A stretch of DNA of 64,000 bases. It comes from Catajapyx aquilonaris (taxonomy: Eukaryota). The position numbers and the translations under genes are program-made. How positions within the stretch are numbered: the stretch's first letter is position 1; every line of letters starts with the position of its first letter. The notes beneath the pieces were generated by a model, which saw nothing but the letters and a program-made list of their open reading frames with translations, did not search any database and was not told the DNA's origin. The stretch spans positions 62,001 through 126,000 of the forward strand of contig KZ537996.1 of assembly GCA_000934665.2 (NCBI GenBank), written 5' to 3'. This document shows, one piece after another, positions 54,210 to 64,000 of this stretch.

Positions 54210-57200
54210 GCCTCCTATTGCAGTCGGTATGTAGGTCGTGCTTGATTGTAAACAGAGTTGAGTGAACCACAACACCCATTTATTCGGCCTGCAAAAGAAT
54301 TGAAGCGCGAAAAAGCCGCACGTCACATTTTCCACGCATTAAACCAGCCAACTGTAATGTTTTGGGGAGTCGGACCGCCCTCAAAGTTAACACTTGTGGG
54401 CTAGTCGTAACTTTTTTCTTCGACCCGCCTTCCTGTCGCATTACTATCCCCCCGATCAGGAAACGCATCAGAGATAAAACCGGAAAAGAGCCAGCTACAG
54501 AATCGAGTGACCTAGCCATATAGAAAAATGGTGTGCTTTATGAACAACCGTCCTTGTCCATTTGATATTTTAAAAGCTCAAGTGCAGACAGGTGGAATTT
54601 CTACTTGAGTTTGGAATTTCTTTAGGTTTCTAACTGGGTAAAATAATGTCCTTAGGTTCAGGGAGTTGTAGATCACCCCACTGACGTACAACAGAGAATG
54701 TCTTATGCGATCAGTGATTCCCCAAACCACGCACCAGTCGTAGCCGAGAATGAGACAGCATCAGAGTTCGTTGCAGATTCGCCTTGGGATCTTCTTTCTG
54801 ATGGAGATGGCGAATTCGGGAAGGGGGGAGGTGGGGGAAGGAGGGGGCTACCAATTTATTGCCTTGGGACTTTGATACAGTGCTGGCAGCAGACAAAAAG
54901 TAATTGGAATCCTTCTGCCTTTGTGACTGCGTTTTCCCCTTGAAGGGAACGAGAAGGGGGACTGAGCCCTAAGGAGTACAAGGGGGGGTTAAGATGAAGA
55001 AGAAGAAGAAAAAAAAAGAAGCACCAGCGAGGTGTTGCGAGTTGGCGCCACCAAATTTCATGCCGGAAGAACAAATGTTTCTATTACGTTCCGAGGGTAC
55101 CAGGGCACTGGCCCATCGCATACTAATCTGACAATCCAGGTTCGATTCTCGGAAGATCCTGTGACAACTATATTGAGAAATCTGGCCATTTACACACACG
55201 AGTTCCCTAACGAAATGACACCATCAGGCATTGAATATTCGAGGAGCTCAAGTCCGTCGCGTGATCATTTACAGCATGTTGGCGTATTATGGTGCCTGTT
55301 CTAGATAGGTACATATTTACGCTTCCTGAAAGGAGTCGACATGTGTGCGTTTTCAAAGCCACCAAGGGTGAGGACAGGAGTGAGTGATTAGGGGTTTCTC
55401 ACTGTTTGTGGCTCAAGTACCTGTTTAACGACACTCGGTAATGTTACCTACGTCAATAAAGTGTTGAGGACACAAGCGCACAAAAAAACAGGTGGCAGGG
55501 GAGTAAAAAGCTAAAGGGTGGGGGGGTAAAATAGCTAATGGTATGGCCTGAAGTCCTGAAACCCTTTCCAAATGACTTGTTATTGTTGTTGACACCGTGC
55601 CGACTCAGGTAGTAGGCAAATTTGCGAAACAAAAGAGTCCGGGGGGTCTGTACTTTCAAGATAGCGGCCCGAACCGTCATAATTCAGCAGTAATGATGGG
55701 GATAATTGGATTCAAGTCACGAAATTTCAATTCCGAAATGGTGTGGGCAAACATTTTCATCGGGGTTTGCCAAGCGCCCCGGAATGGCTCCATGGGGCTG
55801 TTGGAAAACGGGCGGTGCTCTCTTTCTAAACAAACTATCCCCCACCGCCTATCTGAAAACCCTGGGAAACACACCCTTTTTTCAATCAATTCCCTCACTT
55901 TGTCGTGTGAGGTTAACACGAGCTTTATGCTTCTCGAGAGCCGAGTTACGAGCCGTTGGACCGTCAGCCTTCTACACATGCACGGTCATGCGTGCCCGTG
56001 TGTGCCTCCGCTCCCCTACTCCCCACATACACCCCTTCGGTTGTGTCAATAAACGCCGTTCGGTAGTATCGTTCAGAAGGGGGGGACACAGAGGGGGATG
56101 ATAGCCTACTCTTCTCCAGTGCCTTTACTGCCAGAAGAACTGGCTCTCCCGGTCAAAACTTGGCAAGAATTCTGGTCTGTTTCAGGTCAGGGGGTTTGCG
56201 GTGGTCATCAGTGTTCTTAAACCAATGGGTGTTGTGACATTTAGGTGATATGAATTTGAATTTATTATACCGAGATCCAGTTTACTGAAAGGTGTTATTG
56301 ATTCACACGAGCGCCAGAAACTGTAGTTTCGAGGTGAGCTTATAGGGGCGTAATCACATACAAAGCATTTTGTGTTAAAAAAATCAGGAGTCATTATTGC
56401 AACAATAAGCTCACCCACATTTTGCAAAAACGTTAGTGATGGGAATATTTATTTATTTATTTACTTATTTTATTTTACCCCATTGAGAGATCAGAGTGAA
56501 GGAAAAATACATACGTAAGTTATTGCACATTGCTGCTTTGTGTTTATTACAGGTTGAAGATCATGAAAGAAAACTATCCATGTCCACCACTATACGACTA
56601 TGTTGCAGTATATATGGAAAGAAAAAATTGGCGGGTAAATAATTACAGCGCAATTATTAGCATCTACGTTCACCTTGTACAGTACAAGAGTTACAATAAT
56701 TCGCTGTCATAAACTCATGCATGAAATCGTGGCACAATGGTCACTGTAAAACATAAAACACTGAACGGAATATGAACAAATGACGTGTTCATTATGCTGC
56801 AGCGTATACCAATTTTATAACATTTGCTTTATGCGTGAGCATCACTTAAACGGTTTATGTACTGTTGTATACGCGTGTATTCCGCGGGCGAAGAAATCAT
56901 GCATGAAGCGCAGCGATTGCGGAAATCGGCCTATTTTGTTTCGTTTAATTATGATTATATTTATCTCTTCCAGACGGGTGGTGCAAAACTGGCTATTTTT
57001 CTATTCTTGCTCATGCCAGAAGCAACTTCATAAATTACCAAAATTTAATCAATGCAAATTAGTGGCATACCAGCATCGTAAACAATATTTACGCCTGTGT
57101 TTATTGTAAAAATTACACATTTCCAGTTTTATGTGATTGCAATAGACCACACAAAACCTACTTGGTGACAGCTAAATTTTTATATACGCAGGTGTCAGGA

Positions 57201-57539
57201 ACGGATTTTTGGCAACAACAAAAATACCACGTACAATACCAAATACAACTGCGTCAAATACTACCGAGCAATTTTTTCGCAGCCTATAATCTGACCACCG
57301 CGTTTCATCAAGTTGTTCGTGATAAGATGTGTGAATCCTATATACGATATGATCTTCATTTATGCGTTTCCTTACGGTTCGGTACTCCAGATTTACGAGC
57401 ACATAATCATTACAGATTCCGTCATGTAAACATGACAAGATGTGGAAAAAAATGTCATTGACTACATCCTATTTATCTGCAGCCTGTTCTGTTTCCTATT
57501 AGATATACCCTACAGGAGCAAGGTTAGATAAAGGAATAA

Positions 57540-57666
57540 TGGCCGGTTTCACCAAGCCCGGTTTTTATAAAAACCCCGGTTCTTTCGGAAAAACCCTATT
57601 CTATTTGCATGGATTTTCCGAAAGAACCGGGGTTTTTATGAAAACCGGGCTTGGTGAAACCGGCCA
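57540..57666. mobile_element. Palindromic PIF/Harbinger (Tourist-like) MITE, family A copy 2
   Basis: TIRs TGGCCGGTTTCACCAAGCCCGGTTTT ... AAAACCGGGCTTGGTGAAACCGGCCA, with TAA on both flanks. The centre CCCTATTCTATTTGCA is the reverse complement of the centre of copy 1. Confidence 0.9.
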
Positions 57667-60600
57667 TAAAACGTGGAAAGAAAGGCGCGTCCTCAAAGTT
57701 ATCCTGGATGTTAGGTACAACCTACCACACCCTACTGACACGCGTGCTGCCATCCTTCCAGGGGCCGAATTTCATGAAGGTTTCTTAAACTACATCTAGA
57801 TAAAAATAATCATAATTCATAACCATTCACAAATTCAAATCAGGCAACTTTTGCGAATATCATTGTTATTTTACGACATAATGCAGCCTACACAGGAATA
57901 AGCACCCGGACAATGATTTAAAATTCAAGTGTGTCATTACTTTTGCGCCAATTACGCTTAATACGCATTTTCACGTAACTTTTAAAATTAGAATATCTCC
58001 CATCTCGATTGGGTGCATGTCTTACATTCTTCCGTTGCCTCGAAGCTAGCACCATTCATTTCTCGCATAAAAGCTCCCGTGTGCAATCTTACAACTACAA
58101 CGCATCTCACGCAATCGGGTTACGACCACTTAATGCTAAGCAAGTGGCTCGAAACGGCCAGATGCTGTGATTCACCCTGTGCAACATGTACACACCTGAT
58201 ACATCAAAAACATTTCCGGCATATACGTTATAACTCACCACATCGCAAAAGCAGTAATAAATAAAGGCATTGCACATGCCCCCTTCTGATTCGCAAAATA
58301 ATGGTAAAAAAACACCCCACGCTATTTCGAGAACAGCCATTTTTAGAGTAGAAAATCAATGGTAATGGCATGACATGTTTTAATCTGATTTTCCCTCAAT
58401 TGAATTTCCCACCTTATTACTAGCAAAGTGTATTGAACTCACAGTCAGTTCCATTATATGATTGCGAACACGTCAACCCCATTTTTCTGTAATAATATCG
58501 ACGCCAACCGTTGATCTTCTCAGCAAATAACGTCATTGCAACTCTACCCCATATAGACTTTTGAATAAGTGAAGAAACGCGTTTTTGCCGCCATCCTGTC
58601 CATTTGAATCAGTAACACACAAAAAAAAACTGCACCTAAAAAACGGAAACTGGCTAGAGCTAGAGTTCCAAAAAGCAGTTGTTTATGTCCACTTGGGCTT
58701 TCCGGCTGATTGTGGAAAAGTTTTAAGCATTTCCCAAAGTTTCTGTGGCCTTGGAAGCGACACAAAAACTTTCATCGGCCGTTCTCTTGATTGATCGAGA
58801 GAGTCGGTGACAAGAAGTGACGTCTTTTACACAGGAAAAGCCCTCCCTCCCACTAAAAAAAGTAGATGACCAATACAATCTGCACAATTATATATTCAAC
58901 TAACATATACTATTTCTACAAAAAAAATAGCAATTCAGCAGGTGAAAAAAAAAGTTCTCGCGCCATATAGCTAGAAGCTGTTTCAAATTCTTTCTGAAAT
59001 TATGGCACCTGAGGGATTTTGTCCAGACCTGAGCGAAGATGGGATATTTTCTGCACGTGTGTAACACACACCGGAAAAAATAATCATAATATTGGCTGGA
59101 AGTTTTATGCGCCGCGTGGGGAGCTAACGTAACTTTACGTCGCCGCTTGGTTCCGTTCCATGTAATATAGTTCACGCGCAAAAGCCAAGGAGCAAAGATG
59201 GCGTCCCTGCAACTTCATCAAACCTGCCCTCTGGTGGGGGTGGAAAAACTCCTGGGGATATAACGTGTACGATGCAATTAATTTCACTTTGGTCAAACTG
59301 ATCACGTGTACTTGAAACATATGAAACTACTGGACAACATGTGACGCAAATGTGGTCAAAGCACGAAACCTGTGACCTTCATATCTGGGTCGATACCAGT
59401 TCATTTCTAGTGCTAGTAAATGAAACGACTTAATTTTTTGAAAGTGGGGTAAGGCGGGGGTGGCAATGCAATTTGGTGGACGTTACCCGGGCGCCGCAAG
59501 GAGAAGGAAATGTATCCCCGTAATTATGGGAAAAGCTTGGTTTTCCCTCTCTCCAGCTGGCAACTAATTTACATGCCCCTGTCGAAAGAATCTAAGGCTA
59601 ATCATCGTAAGGAAGAAGAATGGAGGCCATATCGTACATCAAAGGGAAACCATTTTCTTTCCTTCTTTTAAGGGTAGGGGGGGAGGTGGGGGTTTGGGAG
59701 TCTGCGTACAAGAGCGACGAAAATGTGACAAATGCCGAGCGGAAAGCGCCTCCACCCCCTACCACCCACCCTCCTTCCTAACGCCTCCCTTGCCTCGTAA
59801 ATTCTCCAGGAATATAATATTATCTCCAGCGTATCTGCAACACCGACGCGCATGGTAAAATATTTGGTTTATTTTCTCGGACCAACTTGCACTCCCTACA
59901 AAATACTTCTTCCTGCCCTGGTGTTTTCCCCGGCAGCAAAATCTCATTTCGGGTCCATTAAGATTAACATTAATTATCACACCCCTGCCTGCACCCACCA
60001 CCACCCCCCCTCTTGAAAAGTTAGATTCGGAGGGACCCTACAAGTATTTTCCGTTAATTCCCAGGATTCTTTTGCTCACATAAGGTCACAATATTTATGC
60101 AAATTAGCTTTCGTGATACTAATGAAATCCTTAGGTCTGCGAGGGAAGCCGGTGATGCTGAGGGGGGGGGGGGGGAAGCGGGGTGGGTGGGTGGGGAGGA
60201 TCCGACCTGAATCCCTAACTTTTATAGGCTTATCTCCCCTTTGCACACCAGTCACGTGACGGCAGCCATTGTTGCCAAGGCACCCTCCAATTAAGAGGAT
60301 CCATCATACTCTATGCAGCCATATTTTACCCTCCACTTTTTTAAAAAATTCGCTGGATCCACCCACTCAACAATTACCAGCTAACAATCAATTGCATTCC
60401 AATCGATTCCTGCATAAACTTTCCACGAGTGACGGGCTATACGTTGTCATAACCGACCAATTCTAACTGATATATGCGTTCTCATACTCCAATTTTTTTT
60501 CCACCCTCTTGTCCTTTTAGGCCTGTAAATAATAAATGAACACTCTCGCAAAAACACCCATTTATTTCCAATACTAACACCAATTTGGTGCGCACGCACG

Positions 60601-63600
60601 CACAAATTTACGACCACATTTGGTCGACAAATAATTGCATTGTCCTGCAATGACATACGCTGATTTCCACTGATGATATTTGTGGGGGTTGTCACGCTTG
60701 TGGTTACGCACTGCTGCAACAGCGTTCAACGTACTTCTTCGATTCCTCTAGTTCAAAGCAAGCATCCCTTGTATATGGACCTACAATCTTGACAACACGA
60801 AAAGCACCTCAGTTTTCATCTTGAGGAAGGGGAGGTCTTATCTTGGTCACAAGGGTTTGTGTTCTCCCCGCCCATGTTTCGGCCATTGTAGCTGCTGTCT
60901 TTATCGAACCTCAGCATCAAAGGATGAAGTAGGCTGGCTCAGAAAAGTACCCGGATACCGGATTCAAACTGAGCTTAAAAAAATATAGGATTGGTTTAGA
61001 ATTGGCTGGTGGTCAACACTGTCCATTTTAGAGCAGAACTTATCAGCAGAACTAGTCTTCCTATATAAATTTTCGGAAAGGGTGCATCCGACTGTGTGGT
61101 CTCTCTCCACGTGGTGTGACCGGACTGAATGGTCACCTTCACTTTTACAGATAGCCATCAGGGACTTTCAATTTCACCGGCCGGAACACTCAAGGTCATT
61201 GTTGGTGAGCAAATAATGTCGGTTTTTACTACCGACAGGTAAGTTAGCCACGTGCTATTGCAAATTTTTTTACTGGTTCTTTCCCAGGCATGGTGTAAGA
61301 CCTGTTTACTCCTGAAGCTCATTTTTACGGTGGATATTTATGACGCATCTGGAACAATCGCTAGGGAGACAGCAATCATAATTGCCGGCATGGTGATAAA
61401 GGAGGAGTGAAGTATACTGCGTTAGTAATTAAAGCCGAGTAGCTCGACTCTATTTTTTTTTTTTCTAACAGGAGCGTGTGGAATGCGTACTATTAAAAAA
61501 AAAGCTCGCTGATTATCTGCACGAGAACTCATTTTTTTCGCTTCCTTCTGAAAAAGATTTCGCTAGGTAATAACTGTTATTAAAAATAACTGCATGCTTG
61601 TATTGATACAAAACTATATCATAGTTGACCCCGAACGTTTGTCAGGTCAAAGAGGTCAACTCTAGATTCAACCTCAGGATGACCACCTTCATCAAGGGCC
61701 CCCAAAAAAGGTCACGGTTGTTGCACTTTCGGCGGATAAAATTTTTAACGAGCCACCCCTTTAGTGAGAGTGTATTTTCCCCAAATCTGATGATATATTT
61801 TCCAATGCAGGGGTGGGGTTTATAATGAAAAAAAAGTCGATGCACAACGATGGAGAAAAAATCGATGCAACAGTGAGGAAAACTTTGGCGGAATTTGTTC
61901 CGCTTCCGAGTCATAACTTGTGGTAATTTGTTACACGCTGCATTTTGGACAATACTAGCTGAAGCGACGGGTAGGAAAAATTGCTTCCCTTCTGCGGATA
62001 CACTCCCTGGTCAAAATGGTAGCCCAGCAGAACGTCCCTCAGTAATTGGTCTGGGTATGTCATTCAGAGTTCTCTGCAGTATACAGCAAAGGGTTGCAGG
62101 ATCAGCTATCTTTCTAATCAAAATAATGACCGTATATACTGACATTGTTGCATTCTGAAGGTCGTTAAAAATGTGCTGCTTCACGCCTGCTAGTCACGCT
62201 TCACACCAGCCTCAATTTTCTGTCGTTTATGTCACACCCTGTTCAGCCAACGACTTCATAAAAATCTCTACTAACAATGCACTTTGCAGTTAGTGATGAT
62301 ATAAAATGCACCCTAGTGGCTGAATCTGCTATAAAAATTTAAAAATTTGATCCCCCCCATTAAATTCACATATTTCGAAACAAGTTACATCCAATAGAAA
62401 ATCTTTTGTTTGGAGTATCAACATACAAAAAAAACCTCCCCCAGAATAAAATTCCTGCGCCGTAGAATTAAGGAAGCTTGTTTGAAAATTCCCTTGCTGA
62501 GAAAGTCCCACAAAGTCAATTAACTTACACTGCAGCACAAGAATAATGAAGCAGGTTGAGCAAGGAGCTTTTCCTCCGAGCTGCTGTTCTTTAAAACCCC
62601 TGGCTATATATATGAACTGTATATAATGCATCCCCCACACCAACTAGGCATCTGGTTTGGAAAGCCGGAAACGCTGATCAAGTTTTGGAAACTTCCAAGG
62701 GAATTGGGGAAGAAGAAAACCCCATGGCTGGAGGTGTCCCCCCTCTAACACTCGATTGATAAATGACCTATCCGGTGAGAATCAATGAGGGGAGGAGAAC
62801 AATAGGTGATCAACAGGACATGGCGTCTCCCGCCCCGCCATCTTAGAACCATTTCTCAACCCACATTGCACACTGCTCTTTGACATATGTTGGTGTACTC
62901 TTTATCTCAGTGTATGGCGATGAGATATTAGTGACTGAATTGTTTGATTGTTATCGGATGTCCACAGGTTGGATAAGAAATGACCTGTGTGAACTGTAAC
63001 TTCCTATGAGGCCACTATAATCAAGCTTATCAGCTGTAAGACAAGGGTTAAGTGCGTTGTTGATATGGACAAGGATGGCTTTCAACTTGTAATTATGGAC
63101 TTCCTCTGACAGTTGGAAGCTGTCACGTATGGTCTGTCTTTTGATAACAGGAGAGTTGCTTACTCAGCCACCCAAGTGAAAATATCAGCACAAATAACTG
63201 TTACACAATAGTGGAAACAATGTGCTTGATTCACTTTCGCATAGCTAGCAAATGACAACTATTTTCACCACGTTCTAAATCTGATTCGGAACTCTACAGC
63301 CGCAGAGGTCACCAAGCTGATGCGTATATGTGATTGCAGATTAATATATTTCTTCTTACCCGAACTGTGTATCAGAAAGAAACCCTTAAGATACTTCATA
63401 TCGAGTCATGCTGAGCCATAATACAGGAACATATCTGTTGATGAGCTAGTGTTGTGCGTAGAATATGGTTGCTTGGGGTCCGTCATCAATGAATGTAATA
63501 TATTTAATGCCATGTCAATTTAAGCCTACCATGTATTTATTTATTATTTGACTTGGGGTTCTTTCATCGTTGACTTATACTCTTTTATGAATAAATGTCG

Positions 63601-63843
63601 CAATTTTTGTTTGCCTGTTTATGTGGTCTATCAGGAACAATTACTAAATTACTGCCAACAGCGCTCTCTTCGCGTGGCAATAATGTGGAAATGCTTATAT
63701 TTTGTAATGCTGTACGGAACAATGAGCCAGCAGGTATGGGAATTAATGAAGGGAATCCAACATAACATTTGCGCTCATCTGTGTAAGCAGCACCATATAA
63801 AATAGTGATACCATCAACTCCATCCCACGGTTTGTCTGATATA

Positions 63844-64000
63844 CAGGGTGTCTCAACTTTTTTGTCCGAACAATTATCGGGAATATTGCACTAAGCTGCT
63901 TATTTTTTAGCAGTGACATGCAACCAGTGATGTTTCCCTGGCTTTATCAGTTGAGGGATGTGCCAGGAATGTTGGTGCATATTCTGGCTACATAGCTAGA
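63844..64000. mobile_element. Left end of a Tc1/mariner-like element (family B), truncated by the window edge
   Basis: TA-CAGGGTGTCTC terminus followed by CACTAAGCTGCTTATTTT, which is shared with the copies at ~11431 and ~13705. Confidence 0.45.

Noticed and set aside
62850..64000. Possible second CpG-depleted domain
   Set aside because: Depletion is mild by eye (roughly half of expectation), the stretch is short, and it is cut by the window edge.

Overview
Eukaryotic (arthropod) genomic DNA from a Hox cluster. The only supportable protein-coding sequence is the 3' homeobox exon of Ultrabithorax (Ubx) on the minus strand (10020-10402). It contains the Ubx-type homeodomain, the UbdA peptide, QAQAQK plus an Ala tract, and a Gln-rich tail with Ser/Thr residues. 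No Ubx 5' exon (YPWM) is recognisable, so 10403-64000 is most likely one intron longer than 53 kb. Positions ~6100-10019 look like a long 3' UTR, and 1-6000 is the 3' flank (the Antp side in a canonical cluster). The non-coding DNA alternates between CpG-rich, regulatory-looking blocks and AT-rich blocks carrying a tRNA-derived SINE, several palindromic MITEs, a nested fold-back element and microsatellites. The most interesting signals are: (i) a sharply bounded CpG-depleted domain over the Ubx 3' end that contains strong plus-strand splice sites, suggesting a spliced antisense-Ubx transcript; (ii) a mosaic Ubx C-terminus; (iii) miR-iab-4/iab-8 seed matches; (iv) many Pho/YY1-type motifs and a few CTCF-type motifs, some carried by transposons. 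All counts were made by eye and the species cannot be determined from this window.
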